DNA of 64,000 bases from Eledone cirrhosa (GCA_964016885.1 OZ024746.1:9424001-9488000); one strand, 5' to 3'; positions 12,682 through 27,024 are shown, numbered from the stretch's first letter. Numbers and translations: made by a program. Notes: generated from the sequence alone by a model not told the origin.

Positions 12682-14148
12682 CTACACCCTCTCTCTATCT
12701 ATCTATCTCTCTTCACTACACCCTCTATCTCTCTCTCCCCATTACCCCTTCTCTCTATCTATCTCCACTACACCCTCTCTCTCTATCTCTCTCCCCACTA
12801 CCCCCTCTCTCTATCTATCTCTGTCTCCCCCCTCCACTACCCCCTACCCCCCCCCCTCCTATACTATCACCAGCTGAGAGATCCCAGTTTTAATACAGTT
12901 GAATTAATACGTTAGAAAACTCCTCAGTGTACAGTTAATTGAGGGGGAGAGGGAGGTAGGGGGAAGTAGGGGTGGGAGGAAGTAGGGGTGGGAGGAAGAA
13001 GGGTGGGAGGAAGTAGGGGTGGGAGGAAGAAGGGTGGGAGGAAGTAGGGGTGGGAGGAAGAAGGGTGGGAGGAAGTAGGGGTGGGAGGAAGAAGGGTTTG
13101 TGGAGGAGCAGGGATGTGCCATCTTTGTTTTTCTTTTTTTCTTTTCACTAGATGTACTTTTCTTTCTCCTCTTCTCTCTCTCCCTCTCACTACCTCTCTC
13201 TACTTCTTTCTCTCTCTCTTCTTCTCTCTCTCTCCTCTCTCTAACCTCTCTCTCTCTACCTTTCTCTAACCTCTCTCTCCCTGTCTTCCTCTCTCTACAT
13301 CTCTCTCTCCCTCTCTCTCTCTCTCTCTTCCTCTCTCTACTTCTCTCTCTCTCCCTGTCTTCCTCTCTCTACATATCTCTCTCTCTCTCTACCTCTCTCT
13401 AACCTCTCCCTCCCTGTCTTCCTCTCTCTACATCTCTCTCTCCCTCTCTCTACCTCTCTCTTTCTCTCCTCTCTCTACTTCTCTCTCTCTACTTCTCTCT
13501 CTCTACTTCTCTCTCTCTCTCTGTCTTCTTCTCTCTACATCTCTCTCTCCCTCTCTCTACCTCTCTCTATCTCTCCTCTCTCTACTTCTCTCTCTCTCTC
13601 CTCTCTCTACTTCTCTCTCTCTCTCTGTCTTCCTCTCTCTACATCTCTCTCTCTCTACCTCTCTCTAACCTCTCCCTCCCTTCCTTCCTCTCTCTACATC
13701 TCTCTCTCCCTCTCTCTACCTCTCTCTATCTCTCCTCTCTCTACTTCTCTCTCTCTACTTCTCTCTACTTCTCTCTCTCTCTCTCTGTCTTCCTCTCTCT
13801 ACATCTCTCTCTCTCTACCTCTCTCTAACCTCTCCCTCCCTTCCTTCCTCTCACTACATCTCTCTCTCCCTCTCTCTCTCCATCTCTCTCCCCCTCTCTC
13901 TCAATCTCTCTTTCTCTATTTGTTTCACTTCGTACTTCTCTGACATCCATTACCCCCCCCCCCCCCCCCATCGAACCCCTCACATTTCGTTTTTATCCTT
14001 CAATTTTCATTCATTCTTTCTTTCATTCTCCCTCTTCCACATTTTTTAATTATTTTATAAATCCATTTCTTTCTTTTTCTCTCATTCTCAGTCATTCTCG
14101 TTTGCTCTTTTTCCTTCTTATACTTTTTCATTCATAGATTCATCCTTT

Positions 14149-14213
<65 letters not shown>

Positions 14214-14248
14214 TCTGCCATTTTTTTAGTAATTTACTTCCTTATTTA

Positions 14249-14291
<43 letters not shown>

Positions 14292-14303
14292 TCTCTCTCT
14301 CCC

Positions 14304-14345
<42 letters not shown>

Positions 14346-14610
14346 ATTTTTTAATTAATTTATTTCCTCTTTTTATTTTTATTTTCCCTCACTCTCTCTC
14401 TCTCTCTCTCTCTCATTCTGCCATTTTAAAATTAATTTACTCTTTATACTCTCTCTCTGTCTCTCTCTTTCTCTGTCTGTCTATCTCTCACTCTCTCTCA
14501 TTATACCATTCTTTAATTAATTTACTCTTTCTACTCCCCCCTCTCTCTCTCACACACACACACACTCTCTCTCTCTCTCATGCTATTCTTTAATTAATTT
14601 ACTCTTTCTA

Positions 14611-14690
<80 letters not shown>
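12245..14690. repeat. CT-rich microsatellite/minisatellite block with a purine-rich insert at 12940-13100
   Basis: (CT)n with recurring CCACTACA and TACTT/TACCT/TACAT motifs. The insert has ~31-bp units GGGGTGGGAGGAAGTA/GGGTGGGAGGAAGAA. Confidence 0.9.
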
Positions 14691-14702
14691 CTGTTCTATA
14701 TA

Positions 14703-15121
14703 CAAGGTGAGTCAGAAGTAAGCGGGCATTCAATATATTTCTATCGTAAGTTTTACAACATATTGAGAAACGGGGTCAGGTTTTCGAACACTTTAATTAT
14801 ATTATTTCAACAACTTTAGTTTAATGTATTTATAATATCGTACTGTATGACCAGAATTTAGTAATATTATCAATTTAGTAATATTATCAAATTGGCGGTG
14901 GATTAGCAGTATCGGTAGAGGGTCGGACGCCATGCTTTCTAGCATAGTTACGTCCCTTTACAGTCTGAGTTCAAATCTCGTCGAGGTTAACTTTGCCTTT
15001 CATCCTTACGGGGTCGATAAAATAAAGTACCAGTGATGTACTGGATAATTGCTGGCCTTGTGCCAAAAAGTAGAAACAATTATCATTTGGAGGACTATCC
15101 GGTTACTTATGACTCACTCTG
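14703..15121. mobile_element. Tc1/mariner-type MITE
   Basis: TA-CAAGGTGAGTCAGAAGTAAGCGG...CCGGTTACTTATGACTCACTCTG-TA, imperfect TIRs. Confidence 0.7.
14894..15082 (+). mobile_element. SINE family 1 nested in a MITE
   Basis: Full-length match. Confidence 0.9.
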
Positions 15122-15289
15122 TATATATATATATGGCCATTATATATGATATATATATATATATGTGTGTGTGTATGTATGTATGTATAGCGTCCGAAAC
15201 GTTAAGACCCTCTTCCTGCTATATCAAGCGTTAATCTAATATATCCCTTCCATATTACTGTACCGATTGTGTTGTTATTTCTATTTACC

Positions 15290-15346
<57 letters not shown>

Positions 15347-15569
15347 GGAAAAAGTATGACCCCGACGGCAGAGCTCAAGCCGGTTCGACGGCTATTTCTG
15401 GAAATTGCCGGAAATTGCCGTCGAAACGGCTTGAGCTCTGCCGTCGGGGGTCATACTTTTTCCTATTTCCCACTCTACTACCCTAAGTATTGAGTACTCT
15501 GGTGCGTTATGGTCCATCTGGTTCCTTACCACAATTCCTTTGTTATATTATATATATATATATATATAT

Positions 15570-15780
15570 AATGGTTTCTAGTATAGACATAAGGCCAGAA
15601 ATTTGGTGGGAAAATCGATTAAATCGACCTCAGTAAGTTACTGGCGCTTTATTTTATCGATCCCGTAAGGATGAAAGGCAAAGTTAACCTCGGCGCGATT
15701 TGAACTCAGACCGTAAAGGGACGTAACTCTATGCTGCAAAGCATGGTGTACGACTCACTACCGATACTGCCAATCCACCG
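15570..15780 (-). mobile_element. SINE family 1 (variant 3' end)
   Basis: Head and central domain match. Confidence 0.8.
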
Positions 15781-15800
15781 ATAATATACATATATATAAT

Positions 15801-16420
15801 GGCAACATGTGGAATTCTATCCTTCGATAACCAAACTTAATTACCTTTGACCAGAGTCAATGAGTTATTGACGCAGCCATGCTCACTAAATAGTCTCCTC
15901 TTTACAGTGGTAACTTATTCAAATGAAATGGCACAACTTTATTCGACAATTTTATGGACCTTCTAACGGACCTATAATATGTAATTTATGGACCTTCTAA
16001 CGGACCTATAATATGTAATTTATTAGAATTGTTTAATCCTAGATCTGTTCCCAACAACATGTAATTCACCAAACTTTGAACTTTATAGAGATGATGAGCT
16101 AATCATATATTGTAATATATACCACCACTACCTTCGCAGGTTTAAACAATCCCCTTCAAAGACATAAATCTTAAGATCACCGTCAGCGCCAATAATGGCA
16201 TAATTAATTTCTTAGACATAAGCCTAAACTTAAAAACCAGTAAATGGATCCCTTAAAGAAATCTTAATGAAACCTTACAATAAATTCATAAAAACTCCAA
16301 TCATCTCTCCACGGTTTTAAAGCGTTTATATAGTAAGGTCATTAAACAGATTTCAGACATATCCAACGACGATAATAATCCCAGCTCAAAGCGAAATATT
16401 ACAACCGCACATCATATAGA
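15801..16420 (+). pseudogene. Decayed Penelope-like element reverse transcriptase (Naiad-type motifs)
   Basis: Manual translation across stops and frameshifts gives VEFYPSIT...LFDNFM/GPSNGPIICNLLELF...LYRDDEL...FKDINLKITVSANNGIINFLDISLNL...IHKNSNH, the order of PLE RT motifs (FDIxxFYPSI, FDVTMGS.DGAE.CELVG, LYRDDG, VNFLDVTLNL, YIH..SNHP). Confidence 0.85.
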
Positions 16421-18164
16421 TGAGCAAGTTGCACCATTTCAAATGTATAGACTTCTGTATATATCTCCACGTTCTTCTTCAGAACCTAATCTAAAAGATG
16501 AACATAAATTTATATACATATATTGTAGATACGAATTATATACACAAATAACAACTGAATATATATATATATATATATGTATACATATGTGTGTGTGTGT
16601 CTGTGTGTGTGTGTGTGTGTGTGTACATGCAAGTACAAATATAGTACTGGTATACAATCTTCTTCTTGCCCCCATCTCTCTCTCTCTCTTTCTTTCTTTC
16701 TCTCTCTAAGGAGGTTGAAACGTGAAGAGAGATGGGTGTTCCGCCATGTTTTAAAAAATGCCCTTATACAATACTTGATTCCAACAGGAGTTCAGGTCCT
16801 ACGGAAGAAAGCAAAGGTTATACACATACAAGGAACATATAATGGCTGAGTAGTTAGAGAACTGGATTCGCAATCGTGAGTTGTCAGTTCGGTTCCTGGA
16901 CCAGGCGATGCGTTATGTCCTTGAGCAAGACACTTTATTTCACGTTGCTCCTTCTACCTGGAGTTGCGACCGATAGATAGTATTAGCAATTGGAAAGACC
17001 AACGGAAACATTGTTTCCTCGGTCCGATTTGACGAAAGTCGATCGACAAAAATGGATCTACATACATACACAAACACATACATACATACATACATACATA
17101 CATACATACATACATACATACATACATACATACACACATACATACATGCAAACATACATACATACATATATAAGATACATACATACATACATACATACAT
17201 ACATACATACATACATACATACCTACATGATCTACATACATACATGCAAACATACATACATACATACATACATACATACATACATACATACATACATACA
17301 TACATACATACATACATACATGATGGCTGCCCCTCGTTATCGAGTATATACCATTATTAATAATTATTAACTAATTCTATCGTGCAATGCCTGTGCATGA
17401 AGATATCTTTTAAAGTGAGGAAAGACTGTGCTCTGAGCCAATCCCACTCTCTGAGCGATAGTAGCTATAACCCGAAAAGAAGAATAGATCAACATCATCG
17501 GTAACTACTGAGCCGCAGGTTTTATGTCGGAGTTATCCCAGTTTCCTGAGTTGCCTTCTCCTAGAAGAATGCCCTGACAAAGGTTAGGGTTCCTTCACTC
17601 CCAGTGGTTTAACCACGCGATCGGGTATCCAGCCCGACTATTTCTACATACATACATACATACATACATACATACATACATACATACATACATGATGGCT
17701 GCCCCCTCGTTATCGAGTATGGCCATTGCACGAGAAAAAAGAAATATATATATATATATATATATTAACAATAATAATAATAATAATAACGACAACAACA
17801 ATAATAATATACATATATATATATACACACACACACACACATGAACATATCTACACACACACACACACACGATAGCAATTAACAGCGCTGCGATCGAATG
17901 TGGCTTTTTAGCCCAGCCAATGATCTAAAATGTCTTGCACAGAGTCGGCAACCAAAACATTCACTGGGAATAGCCGGCTGTGGTTGGAGTTCATGTACTT
18001 TTGCATGTCCTTTGAGCCCTCAATATATATACATACATACATACATACATACATACATACATACATACATACATACATACATACATACATACATACATAC
18101 ATACATACATACATACATGCTTAGGTTGGAGTTCATGTACTTTTGCACGTAGTTTGAGCCCTCA

Positions 18165-18375
18165 ACATACATACATACATACATACATACATGGTGGCTG
18201 CCAACTCGTTTTCGAGTACGGCCACTACTTTATATCCATGTAGGAGAACCCCTACCGATGCGCTGAACGAGTGTGACTTTTTAGTTCAGCCTGCGACATG
18301 AAAACTCTGGTACAAACACTACACTTGTGACAATTATTGACACATAGTGCTGGGCCCATGGTACCATGTGACGAC
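18165..18375 (-). mobile_element. Probable LINE 3' end with terminal C2H2 finger and (TGTA)n tail
   Basis: HKCSVCTRVFMSQAELKSHTRSAHR*, then GGCCGTACTCGAAAACGAGTTGGCAGCCACC-(ATGT)n. The same tail occurs at 17320-17350, 17690-17730 and 24750-24795. Confidence 0.6.
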
Positions 18376-21365
18376 AAGTGCAGAGAGATCTCCAGATAAA
18401 GCAATGCATGTGCCGTGAAGCTTTTATAGTGAGCAAAGGCACTGCACAAAGCCAGTCCCACTCTCTTAACCAAGATGATATTTACCAAAAAGAAGAACAA
18501 GTCAACATCATTGGATACCATTAGGGTTGCAGGTGTTATATCAGAGTTTTCCTTCTCCTAGAATTCTGCCTTGACAAAGGCTAAGGGGTCACCTCTCCCG
18601 GTGATTTTGGATGGCCCTTGACTCTTAAGAGCTCCTTTGCCCTTTGACAGGTTTTGTTTTTAGTCCTGCAGGATGTCCAAAGTCACCCTCCTCACCAAGA
18701 AACCATACATACATACATACATACATACATACATACATGCTTAGGGGTGTGCTGCTTATATTAGCAATGAATTCAAGAATCCATATAAGGATTAAATCAT
18801 TGTTGAACATCTATATATATACTTCGCTGAAACGTGACTACGTGGCTAGAATTTACGTAGTAACTAAGTAAAACGCAAGACTTCTCCAAGACAGATCATA
18901 GACTGACCTATAAACTATATTTACAATCCAATCAATCGGACTAAGTCGAGCAGTAAAGATACGTGTAACACTTGTGAAAAGTTTACTATATAATTCGAAT
19001 TACGTGACTTACAATATTATCATATATATACATATACGCATCTATGTTTCTATATATGTATGTATGTTTCTATATATGGATGGATCGATCTATCTATGTA
19101 TGTATCGATAGATGGATAGATATGTATGTATGTTTGTATGTACGTATGTATATATGTGTATGGATATATGTATGTATGTGTGTGTGGATATATGTAAGTA
19201 TGTATGAGTATGTATGTATGAATCTATGTATGTATGAATCTATGTGTGTATGTATGTGTGTATGTATGAATGTATGGATGGGTGTATCTATGTATGGATG
19301 GATGGATGGATAGATAATATATATATGTTTTATGCATATATGTATATGTGTATGGATATATGTATGTATGTGTGTGTGGATATATGTAAGAATGTATGAG
19401 TATGTATGTATGAATCTATGTATGTATGAATCTATGTGTGTATGTATGTGTGTATGTATGTGTGTATGTATGTATGAATCTATGTGTGTATGTATGTGTG
19501 TATGTATGTATGAATCTATGTGTGTAAGTATGTATGAATGTATGTATATATATATATGTATATATATGCACATAAACTTATATACATGTGTACATAGCTA
19601 TATACATGGATGCGCACAAACTCACACAACCAAAGTATTGAGATAAACGCATATATATACGTACAAGTATATATTTACACCGATTACACACGCATGACAC
19701 GCATAAACACACACACCAGAGTCGAAACATCAAAAAAGCCTCTGTGAGATTGCTCACACTGCCAAAATTAGCAGCCAAATTTCTTTCAAATCAGTCCCTA
19801 ATGTATTTACTATAGAGGCATACATTATATAATGTAGACCCGGATATATTATACAAAAATATAAAAAAAAGGCGGATTTTAATCATAGATATGACATGGG
19901 ACTGGACAGCAATACGTCGCCATCATATTTATTCCGATCGTAAAATCAATATCTATCATTAATAATCGCCGCAAGTATTCTTGCGAGAGGCATGACATCG
20001 CTGTTTGGAACATAATTCTCAACTACTATAAACTGTGGAGTATTTATTCCTTCTCTAAAAGAAACCAATATTGATATATTGTATTGTTCTTTATCCCCAG
20101 GTCAGCCCTGATTGTGGACACTTATAACTAAAATTGTTTCAACCGTCACTATCAACAATACTCAGAGCGTATTTTCGTTATTATATTTTCAAGGTGGTAA
20201 GTTGTAAGTTTGGCGGCGAGATTTCAATGACAATGTGAAGTAATATATAGCCCCACGAAAAAGAGTATTAATTACTTTAGATTTTGATTACGTTCCCACA
20301 TATTCCTCAATAGATACTTTGGAAAATCACATATTTAATCATTCATATCTTTCCATGTAGTCGGTGAATTGACAGAGTCGTTAGAACGTCGAATAGAATA
20401 TTCTGCGGTATTTGATTCGACTCTCTGCTTTTTTGAGTTCAAATCCAGCCGAGGTCAACTTTGCTTTTCGTCCATTCAAGATCGACAAAGAAAAGTGTCG
20501 ATTCTTCCTCTATATCTCTTTCTAAATTCCATTCTCTCACTCTCTCTTTCCTTCTTCTTTCAGAGAAAATCTGTTTTCAGACTTAGAGAGGATTCGTTCC
20601 GCCAGGTTTTAAAATATGCCCCTAAAAACTCCGTATGGCGGTCCTATAGGTCCCTAAGGAGTTGCGGGACCATGCATACATACAAGTTGTAAGTTGAGAT
20701 AATTTAGCTGTTATTTCAAGCGCGTGAAACAACCAGTACAGACGCATAGCTTTTTGCTTGAGCGCCACACATTAATTGCAAGTGCAATAGAAGGCGAGCT
20801 CATAGCAGGCTGAGTCAGCAACATAATCTCACCTCATCTCAGAATCCAATTCATTTCATGCTTCAGTATAAAACTGAAAGTTACATATTCTTTCTGTTTT
20901 CCCAAACTTAAGAAGATTATGCCTTTAAGCATTATGGCATATAAACAATATTCGACAAAGAATCCTTTATTGAAGAAAGTTTCCAATCCAATCATCCACT
21001 TGTAGTTGTTGAAGAACATCAAAGGCGTCAAACTCACGTGGATTGCAAAGGTCATGGACACCACCAAATTCTCAAAAGCAAACCATTACAAAACAAAGAT
21101 ATAATGTTTCTTTAATATGATATCTCACATGCAAAATCACTTCTCATTTATTATAGAAATCTGTTGTTTTTTTTCCGTCTTCCTCGAAACCGGCTTTTTG
21201 CACTCATCTTCAATATTGTATAATAATTTCCTATGAAGATACAGCACGTTTTCCCTGAATCTCTAATATATACTATATTTATTAAGAATTTAGAAACTTC
21301 CCTTTCATAATCACTAACTGACATCAATCACTGTATTATCTTTTGTTTTATGACTTCTTTATATT

Positions 21366-21417
<52 letters not shown>

Positions 21418-21443
21418 CATTTTTACATTGTACATTTTTACAT

Positions 21444-21480
<37 letters not shown>

Positions 21481-21589
21481 TTTTACATTGTACATTTTCT
21501 ATCAACCAATGAGCTCTACTCATCCCACTCCCTACCCTCTCCTACCACCTGAAGAGACCTATAAATACCATATTTATTTTTTGATACCC

Positions 21590-21640
21590 AGATTCCTTAT
21601 GATTTCTAAAGAATGAAACAGTTCTAGTCCTGTAGAATCT
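21590..21640 (+). ncRNA. Family B hammerhead with CTTATGA core
   Basis: AGATTC-CTTATGA-TTTCTAAAGAAT-GAAA-CAGTTCTAGTCCTG-TA-GAATCT. Confidence 0.7.
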
Positions 21641-22378
21641 CATCTATATTAAAACTATATATATATATATAGGTAGAAAATATTTGACCGTGAACTCCTA
21701 TAGTTTCTGCTCTTGACTTTACATGTTCGAGCGTCTTCGTTATATTATATTATATTATGGATCAGTAGGGGGTCGGACGCAAAGAGTTATGTCCCTTTAC
21801 GATCTGAGTTCCAGTAATGTACCGGGTAATTGCTGGCCTTGTGCCAAAAGTAGAAACAATTATATTATATTATATTACATTATATTATATTGGCAGTATC
21901 GGCAGAAGGTCGGACGCCATGCTTTGTAGCACAGTTACGTCCCTTTACGTTCTGAGTTCAAATCCCGTCGAGGTTAACTTAAATCATAGACGAGAGAGGA
22001 TTTCACAGAACTTATGTTCACCGAATTCACAGACTAGATTCCTTCTTCCCCCCGTTAGACCTGTACGGAATTCCTTCCTTGCTCACATTCCAACCAGGTT
22101 TGATGGTCTTTATTCTCTCTCGTTCACGATTTCACCGAACTTATATTCATGGAAATTTGGGACTTGGCTCGTTCTTCCTCACTTTTCGTTGCTTCACCAT
22201 CTTTGTTTGTTTACACTCTCGTGTCCCCTTTATTTACGTGTCCCAACGACTTTTTTTAGCCGTTGCTCGCACCAACCGGTCTTTAAAGCGATGAAATACC
22301 AATGATGGTTGGAAGATCACTGATGAAGGACTAACTTTATTCATATGTAACCCATTTGCAACCACGCAGCACGTTTAT

Positions 22379-22446
<68 letters not shown>

Positions 22447-22457
22447 GACTCTGATTA

Positions 22458-22495
22458 CGAGCTGAGGATCCGCTAAGCTGAAACAATTGTTCTCG
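22458..22495 (+). ncRNA. Minimal hammerhead motif
   Basis: CGAG-CTGAGGA-TCCGCTAAGCT-GAAA-CAATTG-TT-CTCG. Helix II is weak. Confidence 0.6.
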
Positions 22496-22589
22496 GTATG
22501 GTAAACTAACTGTTGTGTAACCACTTCTATATATATTTAGTAAAATAAAACAAGGACGAGTGGTTACTCCTTCATTACGTTTATTGGTT

Positions 22590-22677
22590 GGTGACGCGCG
22601 TTTCGCCACTGATCAGCTCACGGTTCGATCTGTATCGATCTAGTCCGCCGACTCTGTAATCCACGGCTCGTCAGACC
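22590..22677 (-). ncRNA. Type I hammerhead ribozyme, family E
   Basis: Reverse complement GGT-CTGACGA-GCC...GGC-GAAA-CGCGCG-TC-ACC. Palindromic helix III ACGCGCGT. Confidence 0.8.
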
Positions 22678-22690
22678 CCTTATAATGGTA

Positions 22691-22746
<56 letters not shown>

Positions 22747-22749
22747 ATG

Positions 22750-23197
<448 letters not shown>

Positions 23198-23600
23198 TTT
23201 ACGCACGTGCGAGATGTATATAGGTATGTTTGAGCATGTTAAAAATATTGTTTACAGGTGTGTATGTTCTGACCAAATACGAAATACTTAGTATTATCAA
23301 ATTAACCTTCAGCTCATAGTTTGCATATCGGACAGTGGCTGAGAGTTTTGCTTTTATCAGTTGGGTGCCAGGGTGAGATCTTTATCTTTTTGTTTAACCA
23401 TCCGTAATTTAACTGTGGGGAAATGTTTAAGATGAAAACATTTACAAGGAAGAACGCCAAATGAAAAACATATAGTTGGAAAGAAAAATCTTAAAGGCGA
23501 GATCTTCAAAAATCTGTTTCTACGTCATTGTGAGAGTAACTTATGGCAACATCCAACTAGCTGGAACCAGTACAATATTCCGTACATTCATACAATATGA

Positions 23601-23642
<42 letters not shown>

Positions 23643-23951
23643 TAGGATCGGAATTAAGAGTATTCCGCAGTTCACAGTAATAATTGTTTCTACTTTAGGC
23701 ACAAGGCCAGCAATTACCCAGTACATTACTGATACTTTATTTTATAATAATAATTGTTTCTACGTTAGGCACAAGGCCAGCAATTACCTAGTGTATTACT
23801 GGTACTTTATTTTATCGACCCCGTAAGGATGAAAGGCAAATAATATTAGCTCAAAGAAGAATAGAGACTTTTCTTCTGAGCTCAGATACAGATATATTAC
23901 ACAAATAGAAGTGTAATACTGTGTAACACACTTCTATTTGTGTAATATATT

Positions 23952-24043
<92 letters not shown>

Positions 24044-24046
24044 GTG

Positions 24047-24100
<54 letters not shown>

Positions 24101-24201
24101 TTGTGTGCTTCTGTGTCTGTGTGCTCTTGTAAGTTGTGCGTTTGTTTTGTTTTTGTGTGTTTTTTTCCTAATTTCAGTCGTTAAACTGCAGCCACGCTGG
24201 G

Positions 24202-24301
<100 letters not shown>

Positions 24302-24539
24302 CACTAAATATCTTTGCTAGAATACATTATATATTAGACGGTTTAAGGTAAATAAATCTAATGTAGATATAGATACAGTTTTTAAATTAAAAAAAGCCTG
24401 ACATGACTTTTAAACACTTTTTGTACACAGAACAAAATTAGAGTTGTGCGTTTGGTTTTCGTATTTAAAGTTAGTGTAACTGCTTGGGGTTCATATCTGA
24501 AGTTAATGTAATGAATTATTGAAGTTGCTCTCTCCCTAC

Positions 24540-24702
24540 TTTTATTCTTTCCATTTTTATTAGACTGGAAGAGGCATTGCGTTTGCTCTTCCCATGTTTT
24601 CCAAGAACTGTTGCAGTTAATGTTCCTATTAAATATTTGCAAGTCAACAGCAGCAAGAAAACAAAAATATGTCCAAGGAGGGGATTCTGAACAGTGGACA
24701 TC
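24540..24702 (-). CDS. Candidate coding exon with signal-peptide-like start
   Basis: Acceptor TTTCTTCCCCAG|G-ATG, MSTVQNPLLGHIFVFLLLLTCKYLIGTLTA...KSKR...RIK, possible donor AAA|GTAGGG. No homology recognised. Confidence 0.25.
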
Positions 24703-25033
24703 CTGGGGAAGAAAGACTAGGAGTAATAGTTATTTGTACATACTTCCATACATACATAATGGCTGCAATTTGATTTCGAGTGATGTCATTGCTTGATATT
24801 TAAGTATGAACAGCATGGACGGGTTTTGTTTCTCATCCCGCAGGATGTCCCAAATCACCCTCCTCACAAAACAAGCTTGTGAGTTGGGAAATGATGGTTT
24901 AGTCACCGACCACCCGACAATGAACAGGTTGTACTCAGTTACTTGTTACCAGTAGCGCTGACGAGCGATGATACATATATAGACAAATTGACACATATAT
25001 ATAATATATGATATATATATATATATATATATA

Positions 25034-25156
<123 letters not shown>

Positions 25157-25299
25157 TCAAGGTTTAGCAAATAAGAAAAAGTTTCAAAATAAATTTTTAA
25201 AAATTCCCTGTACTCAGTATGGTTACCTTTACCACATTGGCATATGGTTGGACAATACATGTGTCCCTAGACGCTTTTTGCGTGTAGGGATATATACTT

Positions 25300-25372
<73 letters not shown>

Positions 25373-25413
25373 GATATTAAACAAATAGAAACTATATTTA
25401 TAAAACCATATTT

Positions 25414-25477
25414 ATTTCATTATACATATTTCAGGGATACCATATTAGAAATATGGCATGCCTTCTTCAGATAAAAT
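25414..25477 (-). ncRNA. Hammerhead ribozyme, family A (left arm of inverted pair)
   Basis: Reverse complement ATTTTAT-CTGAAGA-AGGCATGCCATATT..AATATGGTATCCCT-GAAA-TATGTA-TA-ATGAAAT. Confidence 0.8.
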
Positions 25478-25622
25478 ACAATATATAAGCAGTTTTATAA
25501 ATAAATTTGACGTACCATAAATATTGTTCACCTTCCATTTAAAAAAGTTGGGTTTTTTTAAATGGAAGTTGAACAATATTTATGGTACGTCAAATTTATT
25601 TATAAAACTGCTTATATATTGT

Positions 25623-25686
25623 ATTTTATCTGAAGAAGGCAAGCCATATTTCTAATATGGTATCCCTGAAATATGTATAATGAAAT
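25623..25686 (+). ncRNA. Hammerhead ribozyme, family A (right arm)
   Basis: ATTTTAT-CTGAAGA-AGGCAAGCCATATTTCTAATATGGTATCCCT-GAAA-TATGTA-TA-ATGAAAT. Confidence 0.8.
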
Positions 25687-25929
25687 AAATATGGTTTTAT
25701 AAATATAGTTTCCATTTGTTTAATATCGTATATCTACTCCAAAACTTGTTGAGTGCTTTATATCAGTTATAAAATATTTACTCGTTGTAACCCAACAATT
25801 TTAAATAAAACTTTTGCATATATATATATATATATATATATATAAGTGCTGTGTTACCACTTCTACCAAACTCGCCCCATGAACTGAGTGCTCTACCACT
25901 CCGGATATTACCTTCCAGTGTTCTATCTT

Positions 25930-25967
<38 letters not shown>

Positions 25968-26018
25968 AGTGTATATGCTTGCATATATGCATATATGGAA
26001 GCATATACACTTACATGT

Positions 26019-26093
<75 letters not shown>

Positions 26094-26420
26094 TATATAT
26101 ATACGAACAACTATGGCGAATCGATTCCATGTACCCGCTCTTATTTTTTATCTTACCCGGTTTCGTTTCATATTGCATATGTTGTTAATACTCTTGGGAT
26201 TATGGGGAAAACAAGTTGTCATTGGTGTTCCAGCCTGCATACATTTCGCTTCGCTTAAATATCTCAGGATTAATGCCTAAACCATAGAAGATAACGATGA
26301 AACCATTCCAATGTAAACAAATCTCTCTATTATATATATATTTTATTATGAATCACTAAAAGCTGTTTCCAAATATGGGTATAATTCTACTACGGAGAAA
26401 AAGCTATAGTAATAGATAAA

Positions 26421-26608
26421 ATAATTGTTTCTACTTTAGGCACAAGGCCAGCAATTACTGAGTGCATTACTGGTACTTTTATTTTATCGACCCCGTAAGG
26501 ATGAAAGGCAAAGTCAACCTCAGCGGGATTTGAACTCAGATCGTAAAGGGACGTAACTATGCTGGAAAGCATGGCGTCCAACCCTCTACCGATACTGCCA
26601 ATTCACCG
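26421..26608 (-). mobile_element. SINE family 1
   Basis: Full-length match. Confidence 0.9.
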
Positions 26609-26783
26609 AATTATAATGCATGCATGGATATGCATTATTCATTAAAATATAAACTAAGGAAACATAAGCTATACTAAGAAGAACATTCGCATAAATTCAC
26701 ATGGACAATGAAGGAGGAATACAAGCGTATTCTTAAACACATATTCATAAATATAATTTATTAGAAATATATATATATGTAGG

Positions 26784-26815
<32 letters not shown>

Positions 26816-26816
26816 G

Positions 26817-26957
<141 letters not shown>

Positions 26958-26990
26958 CACACAGACACACACATATATATATTTATATAC

Positions 26991-27024
<34 letters not shown>

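Larger units (their letters stand above)
25370..25820. mobile_element. Family A inverted-pair element in (TA)n
   Basis: Inverted arms of ~175 bp around 25545-25555, right arm longer. Same layout at 7450-7810, 40735-41160 and 58560-59025. Confidence 0.8.

Noticed and set aside
18252-18521. Host C2H2 zinc-finger gene
   Set aside because: A single finger directly followed by a repeated retroelement tail fits a LINE 3' end better.
20834-21067. 77-aa minus-strand ORF as a coding exon
   Set aside because: Flanking stops in all frames examined and no recognisable motif.
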